Counted from the first letter of the stretch, positions 41,139 to 55,406 are shown. The stretch is 64,000 bases of DNA from Eledone cirrhosa (GCA_964016885.1 OZ024740.1:170066001-170130000); one strand, 5' to 3'. Notes: generated by a model not told the origin, from the letters alone. Made by a program: numbers and translations.

Positions 41139-41429
41139 TAAATTATGTAAACTATATATATGTGTTTGTGTCTATATTGTATCTGTATTATTTTTGATCG
41201 TCGGTCAGTCAATGGCAACATTGAGGACCGAGTAAGTTAGATCGCAGATATAAAAGACAGCGAGAAGCGAAAACCAACCAAACAGTGAGTGTGTTCTGTT
41301 ATTAATTCTGGCAATATTACGCAAATATGACCCTCCCCAAGTATAACAATATATATATATATATATATATATAAGTGTTTGTTTGTATATATAAAGACCC
41401 CCTTCAACAATGAATGAACATTGCACCTA

Positions 41430-41640
41430 GAAAGCTCCGAGGCACATGTTCGGGGAAAATGTTTTTGTGGAAGATCAGCAGTGACCCATGCTTATCAATC
41501 TCCACTCTACATGCCATCAAGGGAAAGGCAAAGGGAATATAATTTAGCACTAGTAACGTCACAACTCATATATACAGCTGAGTGAATTGAAGCAATGTAA
41601 AGTAAAGTGTCTTGCTCAACGACGTAAGGCCTCGCACTTT
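41430..41640 (-). mobile_element. Second SINE family, degraded (related pieces near 20460-20610, 36470-36740, 56760-57060, 63285-63377)
   Basis: Shared motifs ttgtggaagaccagcagt..cccatgc, acagctgagtga..tg.agcaa.gt.aa.taaagt..cttgctcaa and ctaatcactaagccatgcgccttca. Confidence 0.55.
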
Positions 41641-41680
41641 CCGGGAAGAGAATGTGCCTTCTCATATATATTTACTCATA

Positions 41681-41839
<159 letters not shown>

Positions 41840-41989
41840 ATATTAGAAAATGTGTGAAATCCTTCGTACAGTTAGCTATATTTGAAAAAAGGAAAAGAAT
41901 GACTTCAATTGTAGTTCTATACAATTTGATTTAATTTTATAATATTATGATTTGATAGATCAAATATTGCAAAGACGAAACATAAACGC

Positions 41990-42605
41990 AACATTCCTAT
42001 AGACTAGTACTAAACAAGCTAGAAAAAGACTCCTGAATAATCATAAAAGAAGCGGACAAAGATGGAGCAATCGTCATTATGGACAAAAACCAATACAAGG
42101 ATATGGTCTTAGAATAGTTGAATGATGAGCATTTTTACAAGAAAATCAGCAAAAAGCGAAGAAAGAAAATCGATGATTCAAGTAGGCAAACTGACGACAA
42201 AGTACCAAAATAACCTCACGCTAAAGGAAATCAATTACTTAACCAACTTCGAAATGAAAACCTGCAACTTTTATGAATTACCGAATGTTCACAAATCCAG
42301 AGAAATCCTAAACAACATAAAAGCAAAAATACCTCATATGTTGAAGTACAAAACCGACAGATTTAAAATTACGCCCAATTGTTGCTGGTCCACCCTCAAG
42401 AACACAACGTCTAAGCAATCTATTAGATATCATACTGAAACGCTAATGTAAAAAAGTGCCAAGCTTCATCAGAGATGATATGGAATCCCTGAACTATATC
42501 CCCAGAAAGTACACCAAGAAACAATCTTAGTCAGCTTTGACGTAACAACCTTATATACTAACATCCCACACGACTTAGGAATTGAAGATGTTGACTTCTG
42601 GATTA
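41990..42605 (+). pseudogene. PLE reverse transcriptase fragment
   Basis: IIIKEADKDGAIVIMDK..Y, FYELPNVHK, LRPIVAGP...RLSNLLDIILK, ILVSFDVTTLYTNIPHDLGI. Confidence 0.85.
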
Positions 42606-42747
42606 CACTAGATCTACCAAGTCATAATATTATAAAATTAAGTCAAATTGTTTAGAACTACAAGTGAAGTCATTCTTTTCCTTTTTTCAAATATATATAT
42701 ATATATAAATATATATATATACATGTATATATATATATATATATATA

Positions 42748-43038
42748 GCGGCGATGAATTAGTTTAGCGAGGTTTTTTATATGAAATCGTGTGTCGAAAC
42801 AAATATTGTTATACTTGGGGAGGGTCATATTTGTGTAATATTGCCAGAATTAATAACAGAACACACTCACTGTTTGGTTGGTTTTCGCTTCTCGCTGTCT
42901 TTTATATCTGTAATCTAGCTTACTCGGTCCTCAATGTTGCCATTGACTGACCGACGGTCAAAAATAATACAGATACAATATCGACACAAACACATATATA
43001 TAGTTTACATAATTTACATAAATCTTTCGTTGCACATG
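42748..43038 (-). mobile_element. PLE 3' end, inverted copy of 41117-41352 extended to the apparent terminus
   Basis: Near-identical reverse complement; 3' end abuts (TA)n; 5' end stops in the HHR stem II loop. Confidence 0.85.
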
Positions 43039-43039
43039 T

Positions 43040-43510
43040 GATTGGAGGGGGGAGTTCTGCTACTAGGATTAGTATTGGTATGGTTGCATGGTGTACTTAT
43101 GGGGGTGGTGGTGTTGCAGGGGGGGGAGTATATTTTTTTTAGTTTATGATGGTTGCTGAATGCGATATGGCTAGTTATGTTCGATGTAGTGGAAAAGGAG
43201 ATTTTAATCTTGTTTTTATTAAAGAGTTTGTAATATCTATGGTTGGGGGGGGGGGTTAGATAGGATGGAGAAGAGGCGTTTAGGGATGTTAGTAGCTAAA
43301 TTAGATGGGAGAGGGGGGTTAAGCCAAGTGATCTTTCTAGGCCTGTTACTTCTATGGGGTCTAGCAGAATTGGGAGGGGCATTAATAGGGTTATTATTGC
43401 CAAGGTGCTTGCTAACGTTCAGCCTATTAACATTTCGTATTCAAGGGTTGATTCTGAATCTGTTACTAGGAGTAGGGAGTAGGCCTCTGCCACTATTACG
43501 ATTACCTGTA
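43040..43510 (-). pseudogene. PLE linker fragment (related to the families at 1-1260 and 60390-62130)
   Basis: RKITWLNPPLPSNLATNIPKRLFSIL...PNHRYYKLFNKNKIKISFSTTSNI. Confidence 0.7.
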
Positions 43511-44116
43511 TAGGTGTTGGTAGGCCTAAAATTCCGGAAAATCTGGCTAATGTGTTTCTAGTTCTAGTGTTACAACTCTCATCGGCGCCTTTGGCTCTTC
43601 AAGGAGTTACCTCCCAATAAACCCATCTCTATATAATAAGATAATTTTCCTACAAGAAACCATCTTGATATGCGATAGGCGACATTGTTTACTTTCAGCC
43701 TCGACAGATATGTAATGTTTGTTTATACCATACAGCTGAGTTCTCCAGTGCCAAGGGACCCCTCCAAGGCAGCTGCTAATATCGGGATTCTTTACGGACA
43801 TGTAACCCTCTTATTTTATTTTTATTTTTATTTCTACTTTATATATATTAATAATTTCATTATCTCATCTCAAGTTCCGTGGATCTGCTCCATAATATTA
43901 TTTTATGTTACTTATCTTTCTCTGTACCAAATCAATAACGATCATACCATCGATTGATCCAGAAATATTATATGGAGTAGTGAAACAATTGTAAACTGAC
44001 ATTCTTCTCCTCTCTTCTTTATATTAAACTGCACTTAATGTTGATACTCTTTGACTAATGTATTCTATGTGAGTTTGCGGTCTTGATTTGCTTAACTTCT
44101 GAATATATATATATAT

Positions 44117-44321
44117 ATGTGAGAAAAACCACAGACCCTCCATCTCAACTCTACTTTTGAAAAGCAGAAGAACTGCGAAACCGGTAAAGGAACCAAATAA
44201 ATATATATATATTTTTTAAAAATAAGACTCCAGTTGCATTTTCGATTTCATCTCTTTTTCTTTATACTTTCACTCGTGTAGGACACCTCGGTTATTTTTC
44301 AATTTGTAAAAAAAACCTCAC

Positions 44322-44328
<7 letters not shown>
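44117..44328 (+). mobile_element. Solo 212-bp non-coding HHR element in (TA)n
   Basis: Near-identical to 38984-39195, with the same 5' (atgtgagaaaaacc) and 3' (cactttctaa) boundaries. Confidence 0.88.
44154..44190 (+). ncRNA. Minimal hammerhead, U3-A8 core
   Basis: CTT-TTGAAAA-GCAG aagaa CTGC-GAAA-CCGG-TA-AAG. Confidence 0.75.
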
Positions 44329-44359
<31 letters not shown>

Positions 44360-44565
44360 TTTCTGAATTTGTTTAGCAAGATTCTTTATCTGAAAACGTG
44401 TGTTGAAACCGATATTGTTATACTTTGGGACTGTCAAGTTGTCAATAAGAAACACACGTACCAGTTGCTTTCACTTCAATTTATTATAATAAATTTATAA
44501 ATTTAGGAATTTATAAATTTCCGGTTGGTTAGTTGGTTCCACAACCAGATGGTTGTTTATATATT

Positions 44566-44608
44566 GTCAAAGTTCTTTCGTCACACATTCTGTGACCTCT
44601 TCAGTGAC
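44566..44608 (-). ncRNA. Minimal hammerhead ribozyme
   Basis: Reverse complement of 45217-45259. Confidence 0.75.
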
Positions 44609-44670
44609 TGGGGATTCTTTTCTTTGTTTTTGTGCCTCTCCTTCGTTCTGTCCTACGCCATTTTGTTTCT

Positions 44671-45114
44671 TCTTCTCACTCTATTGTCTACGTCTTTGCC
44701 CACCTACTTCTAAACTTGCTTTGGCTATATATTCTTTGACCTTTACGCGAAGGCGTACATTCGTAGAGTTAATGTATGGGTGACATAAACGTCTTGTGTG
44801 TATGACATTTATATATGTATAATTTGAAATACTCCTATACTCTTTTACTCTTTTACCTGTTCCAACACTTGTTGCTCCACGTTCTATCTCCAGCCTGCGT
44901 TGGCTGGCCATTCGTGTAAGAGGGAGTTCCTTGCTGCTGCCCTTAGGTTACTTTCGTACCGTGCAGTGGGCACATTCGTGATCCTGGATAACAGAGTGTC
45001 AAGATTTTTCTTGAAAACACCCATGTCCACACCATGCAGATCTCTCAAATTTCTTGGCAGCTTGTTGAAGAGTTGAGAATCTTTGAACCCTAGGCTATTG
45101 CAATATCTGCCAAA
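44671..45114 (-). mobile_element. CR1-like LINE 3' fragment with 25-bp target site duplication
   Basis: RYCNSLGFKDSQLFNKLPRNLRDLHGVDMGVFKKNLDTLL; duplication ttctgtcctacgccattttgtttct at 44646-44670 and 45115-45139. Confidence 0.8.
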
Positions 45115-45216
45115 TTCTGTCCTACGCCATTTTGTTTCTGTGTGTGTCACACACAGAAACAAAATGGCGTAGGACAGAACAAAGGAGAGGCACAAAAACA
45201 AAGAAAAGAATCCCCA

Positions 45217-45259
45217 GTCACTGAAGAGGTCACAGAATGTGTGACGAAAGAACTTTGAC
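45217..45259 (+). ncRNA. Minimal hammerhead ribozyme
   Basis: GTCA-CTGAAGA-g-GTCACA gaatg TGTGAC-GAAA-GAAC-TT-TGAC, with a CUU site. Confidence 0.75.
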
Positions 45260-45467
45260 AATATATAAACAACCATCTGGTTGTGGAACCAACTAACCAA
45301 CCGGAAATTTATAAATTCCTAAATTTATAAATTTATTATAATAAATTGAAGTGAAAGCAACTGGTACGTGTGTTTCTTATTGGCAACCTGACCCTCCCAA
45401 AGTATAACAATATCGGTTTCAACACACGTTCTCAGATAAAGAATCTTGCTAAACAAATTCAGAAACG

Positions 45468-45537
<70 letters not shown>

Positions 45538-45563
45538 GTGTATATATATATATTTATATATAC

Positions 45564-45675
<112 letters not shown>

Positions 45676-46606
45676 TCATATATATGTTATAAGTGTGTAT
45701 ATGTGTTTATGTGTGCAGGGTTTTGAGGATGTGTTTCTCAACTAGATAAGAATGACACTATACCGTCCTGAAGTGAGATAACAAATGAAATGCATTAATT
45801 GCATGAATGGCTACACACGTAATCATGTAATTCATATTTTCAGCTGAAACATATAAAAGAAAATAATACAGAATCAATATTATTTCAGATTTGCTTTTAC
45901 ATTTTATGTTAATTTTCGTAGAAAGTCATGTCACTTGTGAATATAACGTTGGTTTATAGTCATGTCAACGAAATGCTTCATATAACAGCACCACCTTTCC
46001 ATGTGATACCGAGGGAAAATATCCGTGCATTGTATTCATATTACAGCATTTATTCGATGATAAGTATTATATCAGAAAGATTCATTTAAGCACTGAACAC
46101 TTTCTATCAAAACATGGATTTCTACGTTACATACAGCGGATAATTCAGGAAGACATATTTATTCTGAAAGTATGTAAAAATATATTGTCAGTAAATATTG
46201 TATGTTATCGTTTCCTTTAAATGCGGAGTGTCATCTGTTTAGGAGGAATTTCACGAATGTTTTCTGTTACCAATATGGAAATGATAATACAATGAAGCTT
46301 CATTTTAATGTAATTTTATGTTATATAACACGCGGAATGAAATGAAAAACTTTTCCCCTTCTCAAATTTAAAATTTCAAAAATAAATTCTTAAGACATGT
46401 TTGTCAATAACTGAAGTTAACTAACATAGCAACAACTTATTCAGTCACTAAATTCAAATTAAAAAGCTACTTTCAAGCATAATAAGATTATTTCGCATTT
46501 ATTTATTTTTAAATTCTCTTTCGTTCATTTTCTATCAATCTTAATTATTTTCCATTATTTCTTCATGTTCTTCAATGCTGTAGTCCACCTCATTCTCCTA
46601 CTCCTT

Positions 46607-47120
46607 TCTTCTTCTTCTTCTTCTTCTTCTTCTTCTTCTTCTTCTTCTTCTTCTTCTTCTTCTTCTTCTTCTTCTTCTTCTTCTATTGTCTACGTCTTTG
46701 CCCACCTACTTCTAAACTTGCTTTGGCTATATATTCTTTGACCTTTACGCGAAGGCGTACATTCGTAGAGTTAATATATGGGTGACATAAACGTCTTGTG
46801 TGTATGGCATTTATATATGTATAATTTGAAATACTCCTATACTCCTATACTCTTTTACTCTTTTACCTGTTCCAACACTTGTTGCTACACGTTCTATCTC
46901 CAGTCTGCGTTGGCTGGCCATTGGTGTAAGAGGGAGTTCGTTGCTGCTGTCCTTATGTTACTTTCGTATCGTGCAGTGGGCTCATTCGTGATCCTGGATA
47001 ACAGAGTGTCAAGATTTTTCTTGAAAACACCCATGTCCACACCATGCAGATCTCTCAAATTTCTTGGCAGCTTGTTGAAGAGTTGAGAATCTTTGAACCC
47101 TAGGCTATTGCAATATCTGC
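46607..47120 (-). mobile_element. CR1-like LINE 3' fragment with (GAA)n tail
   Basis: 46682-47120 is a close match to 44680-45110; (TTC)n tail at 46607-46683. Confidence 0.82.
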
Positions 47121-49336
47121 TCCTTATTTTTATCGTCGTGCATCTACTAACATCGTGGATAATTAATTAATTCATAATGCACTGGAAAACGTTTTGAATA
47201 CATAAGATGTGGAGGGTGGGTTATTTGAAGTGTATTGGAATTTAAACTTTTTTTTTATAAACGTAAAAGTTAAGCTTCTTAAACAATGTGGTTGCAATAC
47301 AAAATTTTGTCTGTCCGTGAAAAGCCTAAGTTTGATCTTTCTTAAAACTTTATCAGAGAAAGAATAACCATCTTCTATTCACATCTACTGTAGTACTTTA
47401 CTCTTGCTTATGGTGTTGCTAAGCTGGTTTATTTAATATGCGTCACACCTCTTGTGCTGACAACGTAAGTATCCATTAATAATACACTATTCGGCGTTTT
47501 ATCAATAAACATACAATTTTAGCATGTCTCGACCTGCTATGAATAGCAGCCAAATCCCCATTAAAACCAGAAGAGATTTTTTTTTTAATTAGGATATCTT
47601 TCAACACGCTGACGCGTTTGTGTATATGTCTGTGCGTGTGTGTATGTGCACATGCATACATTTATGTGTATGAGTATATAAATATAAACGCGCAAACACA
47701 GACACACAAAAATACACACTCACAGACACATATTCACACAAACATACACTCACACAGCGTAGAGAATGTAACACCAACTGCTGTTCTGTTTTTGCTATAG
47801 TATTTTCACCATCTGTTTCCTTCCTTTTACACACACATATATTCACACAAACGCACGAACGGAAGTCGCTCAAATTTATCTATAGATTACAATTGGTTAA
47901 TGCAGTCCAGTGAACACTGTCATAACTAAAGAAAATCACAACGCCGATAACATCTACAAAAACAGAAACAACAACAGCAACAACATCAATAGATGCTATA
48001 TAAACAGAAGTAACGGAGTGTTCGATCAACTTACTATAAATATTCTCATAGAATTATATCACCACAAAATAGTTTCTTGGAATATTTCAGTTCAGCGATC
48101 TAGAGCAATGAACTATTAAATAACTTAGACGTAGACATACAGTATCCGATTAAAACTGGCCTAGAGCTGAAAAGGGACGGGAAAAAACAAGGACTTTCAC
48201 AGTCACCAAATGTATTAATTTAGTTTACTGACATTAACAGTTTTTAATCTATACAAAGTCTCATAATGTATGCTTAACTATATTCCAACCTTTTCTGAAC
48301 CAAAATCGAACATCAAGGTGGTCAGTTAACCTTCTCGAATTAGAATCCAAATTTCCCTCAAATCACGACCAACCGTTTCCAAAACGCATTGAACAAATAT
48401 AGTTCGCTATATCCCAAACATTCACCCATGGACCTTGAACTTCTGATTGAGCCGAAGGGCCGCCGTCATAATGTAAGGTGTGACTTTGGCATATAAACCT
48501 AATGAAGTTCATTCCTTTTCTTGTTTGAACACAGCCCTTTTCTCCCAGAGAAATTGAAAACGAGATAGAGAAAAGAATAGACAGCTGTAATTAACTGGGA
48601 CTATGTTTAAGACGAAAAACGAATTTGAATTCGGCGTAATTCGAACTCAGTGAGTCATAAAGGATAGTGTAATGTATTCTATCGGAGGATCGAATGGCTC
48701 TACAATTGACTGCCTCGTCCATTATCAACAAACAAATAGAATGCCCTGATCATAACTGAAGCATAGTTGATCGTAGGTACGCGCAAACAAACTTGGTAAA
48801 GAACTAACAAAACAACAGCTGTAACTATTTTTGTGTTTCTTGCATAAAATATATATTTAACTTGTATCCTAGCTTATGTAGATATATTGTAGATCAATGA
48901 ATGCTTTACTTTCATTTGGGAGGGGAAGATTTTGCCGTTGCAAAAGACATGATATAGAATTATATTCAAGGCTTGTTTTAACTAACCCAATTAAATTTCT
49001 TTTACTTTTATCTTTTTTCAACCACAGTGTTGAATCGGATGCGCACAATTTTACATCCGCTTCACTCCACCTCATTGGGGACTTGAACTTCCGGGAATCA
49101 TATATCCGGAAAACTCAGCTTGTTTGTTAATAAACTTAAAATGGATGAGAATACTTGAAAGAGAATAAGATATTAGATATATTACTGAATAAAAGAACAA
49201 CATTTACAAAAGTGAATTAGCTGTAAGATTGTATTCGCTCACTATCAATCAATTATATATATATATATGCACACGCATATATGCATATATATATGCTTGT
49301 ATATATATGTGTATACATGTATTTATGTATGTATGT

Positions 49337-49390
<54 letters not shown>

Positions 49391-49634
49391 ATATATATAT
49401 ATATATATATACAAATGGAAGTTTAGTAAAATCGAAGTTTTGGCTGTGGCCAAGCTAACGATATACAATTAGGAATGTGCAGCAAAGCACTCGATAAGGC
49501 TGTGTCATCTTAGATTAATAAAATACGTTAGATAGCTTGACAAATTGAAAACGGCAGTACGCGAGCCTAGCCACATAATACCAAAGCAACGAAAAAAAAA
49601 ACATATATATATATATACTGCAAAGAACTTTTTT

Positions 49635-49915
49635 AAGACATTGCAGGCTTCAATGAAACAAGGCTGACTGAGAAAAGCAAAATAGTAGAGAAATAGCTAG
49701 GAAGGTTAAGGGAAAGAATGATCCTCGCATCCACGGAGTTGGCTTTGCCATCCGGAATGAAAAAGTTGCTAAGCATAATCTCAGTCCTACTTTCACAAGT
49801 GAAAGCCTCATGACACTCAGAGTCTATTCTTGGCATTAATTGCAGACTATGCTCCAACTCAACTCAGAAGGAAATGTAAAAGAAGAATTCTATTACCAAC
49901 TCTCCTCTTTTATCT
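49635..49915 (+). pseudogene. LINE (RTE-like) apurinic endonuclease fragment
   Basis: DIAGFNETRL...PRIHGVGFAIRNE...SESLMTLRV...KEEFYYQL. Confidence 0.7.
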
Positions 49916-50069
49916 CTAGGGCTGCGGTGAGCAAGAGGCCCCTCGACCTGATTTCGTTGTTGAGATGTCGCTTTACAGTCACGTAAAACTGAAATCAAGT
50001 AATCTGTGCATCTAGTAATTTTGGCCCAATTCCTTATCACTAGAATTTGGTAGGCGAAATCCGTCGGTT

Positions 50070-50122
<53 letters not shown>

Positions 50123-50125
<3 letters not shown>

Positions 50126-50270
50126 CAAAGAGGGTGTGGTAAATTACCAGGTGGACCATAATACACCAGAATACTCAATACTTAGGGTAGTAGAATGGGT
50201 AATAGGAAAAGAGTCAGGACGGCTGTCGAAACGGCTGTAGGTCAGCCGTCGGGGTCCTGACTCTTTTTAT
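50123..50270. mobile_element. Short hairpin element in (TA)n, internally deleted relative of 58160-58356
   Basis: Shares accaggtggaccataa...gggtagtagaatgggtaataggaaaagagtcaggac...gccgtcggggtcctgactctttt. Confidence 0.75.
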
Positions 50271-51248
50271 ATATATACATAATAATGGGGGGGGGGTATT
50301 CCTCAGTGTGTATGCGTTTGTTCATCTTTATTAAACAATATGTTTTGCTTATTGTAAACTCTACAACAGTGCATAGTATATATGCAACACCTGAGGAAAA
50401 TCGAGGAAATAACTTCTTGGCTCGAAATAAGTGGACGGAATCGCCTGGAGGAACTGAACGGAACCACTGCCGTATAACAGAAGACCCTGTTACCTTTACC
50501 CCAAATAGGTTAATGCCACTCGTTTCCGTTAGTTTATAAGCCCATACTTTTCCGAAAGAAGAGTTTCGCTATATGGAAATATATGTTAGAATGGGGTATG
50601 GAATGGAATATAGCTAGAGAGAAAGAGGAAGTGATGAAGATGAGTAATATCAGATGAAATACACAGTGGAGTATGTAGAAAGAAAAACAAGCTAATAAGA
50701 AATTGGATAATGATGAAGGGGAGGCAGAGAATAAATAGAAACCAGTGGAGAGGGGTAGCGAAAATTAATGAACAAATAAAAGTGCGAAGGAGTAATGATT
50801 GTTTCTACTTTTGGCACAAGGCCAGCAATTATCCCAGAGCATTACTGGTACTTTATTTTATCGACCCCTTAAGGATGAAAGGCAAAGTTAACCTCAATGA
50901 CGAGTGGACTATAAGAGGGATGCGAGATAAGATACAAATCTCACCAAATTTCAAATCAGTCTTTCATAATTTCGGAGCCTATAAATAAGGTACACGATTT
51001 GGTAATGTAGTCGACTCTTTTCTATTTCTCGCACATCCTCTCTCCTCTTTATCTGTGTTCCTCTCTCCCACGGTCTTGTACATGTATCTGTGAGATACGA
51101 AGTTCTTGTCTGTATAACGGCCGCTAGCAACATATTTTTTCCTCTCTAAAGTTCTTTTCTCGATGTTATACGAATAAGCTATTTTTATAACAACTAACTG
51201 TAATTGCAGTTATTTTCTGCATCTACGCATCCTAGATCCTCTTTTCAA

Positions 51249-51282
51249 TGTGTGTGTGTGTGTGTGTGTATGTGTGTGTGTG

Positions 51283-51379
<97 letters not shown>
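51249..51379. repeat. (TG)n microsatellite
   Basis: Direct. Confidence 0.95.
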
Positions 51380-51381
<2 letters not shown>

Positions 51382-52544
51382 ACAATGCACGTGCGTGTGC
51401 ACATACACGCAGAAAGTTACTGCTATAATGTTTTATATTTCTTTGTTTTGTCTGACAGTGTTGGTTAAACCAACCGCCACTAAGATATATTGTATTCTCC
51501 CAATGGACTATTTCAACCACCTTATGCCTATGTCAGATTCCTAGTTTGTGAGTTATCAATCAATTTTTTCTCTCTTTTTTTTTTATAGTTTTCATCCTCA
51601 ATATATCTGCGCCTGGCCCAGTGGGGTACTTTTTATAGCTTAAAGTCATAGGGAAGGACAGGGGAGACGGAGAAAGATGAAAAAATGGGAAAGAGGAAAG
51701 AAAGAGAGGGAGAATTATTGACTCGTAAGTATTTCCTGTGTTGAAGAAATTCAACTATGACGTAGACTCTCTGCGGGATTTCTCTTATTTTTCGTTTGCT
51801 ATTGGAAAAAAAAAAAAGTAGAGAGAAAATATTTGAAATAGAATTATGGGGGTATGACTAAAAAGTACATTATTATTATTTGTTGTTGCTATAAATGAAA
51901 TTATGAAGTTGTGTGCTATTGACTGAAATATATAGTAGCATTTACACCTCAGCTAATATAAACTTCACCAACCAACAATTTTCACGAATGAAATTCCATT
52001 AAGTATTTCGGTTTACCTCCTCTCTTTCAACAGATGCAGCAAGTTTTCATCCTGTTCCTTCTATTATGATAGTTCAACAATTACATCGATATGATACACG
52101 AAATAGTGTTTGAATCAATAATAAATTTCGAATTCTTTTTAAAAAAAGGTCAGACAGATAGTATTTAGATATGTGAATATTGGGAGGAAGGGGAATGAAA
52201 ACGAATGATTGATGAAGATAAAAGGATAAACGCATTACAGTGATAGTTGTAGTTGTTTATTTTGTTGTTTTTTTTGTTACCGTGCTGGTGGTAGGAGCGG
52301 TGGTATATGTAGTGGGGGCGTGGTATTGGTGGTGATGGCAGGGCTGATGTTTCGCCGTTGTTGCTGGTGGCTATTGTAGTGATGATAGGGATATAAGTAT
52401 ATTGCTGGTGATGACAGTGGTGATGGTGTTGCTATTTGTATGCGAGATGATAGTGGTGGTAATAATAGATGTTGAAGCCTTAATTTAAGAGGGTATTGTG
52501 GTTATGATGCTGATGACAGATGTATGTAATTGTTGATTGGCAGG

Positions 52545-52740
52545 ATAAGAAATCGGTAGGTAAAAAAGTTGTAACTAAATAAATGCTTTGTTTATTTACG
52601 ATTCTCCACGTTCTGAGTTCAAACCTCGCCGAGGACAACTTTACCTTTCATGATTCAGAGGGCGATAAGATAAAGTGCCAGCAAAGCATCGAATCCCCTT
52701 TCCAAAAATTGTTGGCCTTGTGCCTTAATCAGAAATCATC
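52545..52740 (+). mobile_element. tRNA-derived SINE, degraded
   Basis: cgttctgagttcaaacctcgccgaggacaactttacctttcat...ggccttgtgcct. Confidence 0.7.
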
Positions 52741-53199
52741 ATTTAGCCAAAGGTAAGAGGAAATCTTTAAACAATGCCCTCGCTAGTTGTGAGCAACCAG
52801 TTTTATGGTTATATAGGACTAATTTATCTCATGTATTGTTTTCTTTTTTAACACTACAGAGTATGATTTGCGAACCATTTCAATGCTATTTCCGGTATGT
52901 CAAGCGACTACGCAGATGTGGTATTATTGACTGTAGAAAGGGCTGGAGTGAAATTCGTCATTTTAGTTGTAATATTTAAGGGAGAAAAGGGAGGATTAAG
53001 ATGAAAGTGTTGATTTTGTATGAGTTTGGGGGTGATCTAATAGAATGAGTAAGAGAGGGCAGAAGAAGTTTGACATAAGTTTGAAGTACTTAAATCAATT
53101 TGTAGAAAATGGTGTTGTAAACATTGCGTAGTGTTGGGAATGTTGTTGTAGATAGAAAAAGAATGACTTGTCAAGCAGAACACTTAGTTTTGCTAAGAG

Positions 53200-53420
53200 C
53201 GGCGGATTGGCAATATCGGTAGAGCGTCGAACAAATTTTTTTGTGGTATTTAGTTATGACTCTCTAAGTTTTGAGTTTAAACTATGTTTAGATCAATTTT
53301 GCCTTTCATCAATCAGAGGTCGATAAAATGAAGTGCTGGACAAGTACTGTGGTCGATATAATTAACTACCATATCCACCTCCAAAATTGCTGCCCCTGTT
53401 TCAAAATTAGAAATCGTTAT
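53200..53420 (+). mobile_element. tRNA-derived SINE, degraded
   Basis: ggcggattggcaatatcggtagagcgtc...tttgcctttcatc..gtcgataaaatgaagtgc. Confidence 0.7.
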
Positions 53421-53956
53421 TTAGTCTAGCTTTGAAATATAACACGATATGAGAAGATTGTAATTTGACGGCTACTTCACTAATATCTCTCAGGAGTCAT
53501 GTGATCACATAAAAGCTACCTTATGGCGGTATTGTTAAAGTTATGTGTGTTTGTAGTAATATTTCCTGTTGATGTTCGTGGATCTTCAACATTTTGGCTT
53601 TATTTAGAATGAAATAATGACAATAACGATGATTTTTTTTGCTGCTGACATTGTTGTTGTAGTCGTTGAATTCTCATCGAACGTTCATTTTTCGTTGTAT
53701 TGTTAGTGTTTAAACACAGTGTGTCTGGGAGTACACTACTCAATTTGACATCTAATTTTTGTTTCTGTTTGAAGACGGTAATGGGATCTTTTATGGAAAT
53801 TTCGCTGCTCTGATCTAGCAAAGTAAACAGTGATTCCGCTACTATTGTTCTTCTACTGCCAGTGTTCCCCTAGAGGCTCCTGCTATTGAAGGTGATAATC
53901 ATATTAATGAAGATGGCAATGAAGATGGTAGTGGGGACAATGTCGACTGTGAGGCT

Positions 53957-54089
53957 GAAGAAGAAGAAGAAGAAGAAGAAGAAGAAGAAGAAGAAGAAGA
54001 AGAAGAAGAAGAAGAAGAAGAAGAAGAAGAAGAAGAAGAAGAAGAAGAAGAAGAAGAAGAAGAAGAAGAAGAAGAAGAAGAAGAAGAAG
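53957..54089. repeat. (GAA)n microsatellite
   Basis: Direct; source of the poly-K and poly-F ORFs. Confidence 0.95.
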
Positions 54090-55312
54090 GAGAGAGGAAG
54101 TGGGAAAGATGATGATGAGGGAAATCTTGATCGTGATGACAATAGTACAGACAGTGTTATATCAATGAACCTATGATTGCTAAGGAATAGAGAGAACATA
54201 GTTATTTCAACGTTACCCTCATTAGTCTCATTTTTCCATTCCTTACAAGTTATACATATGTGGGACAGGAGTGCGTATGTTTGCGAGGTACGTTTGAGGT
54301 GGCGGAGGTGGTGGTGCGGATGATGGGGAAGTTGATAATAGCAGTGGTGATGGTGGTGGACGTACTGGCAGCGGCTGTGGTGCTGATGGGGTAGTAGCGA
54401 CATCGATGGTGGCAGTGACGACGATGGTGATACTGGTATTTATAGTAGTGATGGTGGTGATATTGACGGAGATTGTAGTGGCATCATCCATGATCGTTAT
54501 CACTCGGGATGTGCTAATGGTGCGGAATTGAACAGGTAGTTATACGGAACATGTATCTGTGTACAGAGATATAATCTTTGTTGAGAAAGAGAAGAGAAAA
54601 TATCACAATTTTTTTCAGATTAAAAGCACACTCATACGGAAACACATACACACACATTACATACACACAAACCTACACACACGTACACACACAAGCAATC
54701 ACATACATTTAAACATTCAAGTCATGTACGTACAATTACGATAATGAATATGCATGCACTTATCCATCTCTCCCCCGGCGCTCTCTATCTATCCGCATAT
54801 ATATATTGTTGAGTGCTTATTCGATTTGTGCTATCTATGCAATTTTTTGTATGATATACACATACCCTATCCATTTGCCAAAATCTGGGGAATTTTCCCC
54901 TCGTGATTTACACATGTGCGTTTACAAGGTTCTGCGTCACTCACAAAGTTGGTTAAAGAGCAAAATACCTGTTGATAACGTGATATTCCTTGTTCGATCT
55001 TTATGCTGAAAGTTTATAATTTTAAGCAGACAGTATTATTGATTTAGGTGTCATAGAAACCCTGCATTTGGGTTTTACCATCTATTCCATTTGGATCCAG
55101 GTCAGTTTATCTTATTTATTTTGTTTGACCTGTTTAGCTTGACTTGTTTTTTTGGCTTAGGTGGTTAATGCCTTCTTGACCACTTCTCAGTTTGTATGGC
55201 GTTTTAACATATTGTTTAGCTCTAGTTTTCTTAACTATTGGAGCGCTTGCCAGCATTTCTACGATTTTGCGTTTCGTTTCGCTTTTTCTACCAGCCGAAA
55301 TACGATTCTCGC

Positions 55313-55315
<3 letters not shown>

Positions 55316-55386
<71 letters not shown>

Positions 55387-55406
55387 TATATATATATGTA
55401 TGTATG

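Larger units (their letters stand above)
39930..41352 (+). mobile_element. Penelope-like element, 5'-truncated, between (TA)n tracts
   Basis: Uninterrupted ORF to 40826, then a 3' UTR with an HHR-like motif at 41101. Confidence 0.88.
44358..45470. mobile_element. Fold-back palindrome of a PLE 3' end (centre 45147) interrupted by a CR1-like insertion
   Basis: 44360-44670 is the reverse complement of 45155-45465; centre ctgtgtgtg-t-cacacacag; (TA)n on both sides. Confidence 0.88.

Noticed and set aside
43965-44000. GAAA-CAATTG-TA half hammerhead near a PLE-like end
   Set aside because: 5' core not recognisable.
50388-50433. CAC-CTGAGGA...GAAA-TAA-GTG hammerhead-like motif
   Set aside because: Stem III is missing and the base of stem II is mismatched; degenerate.
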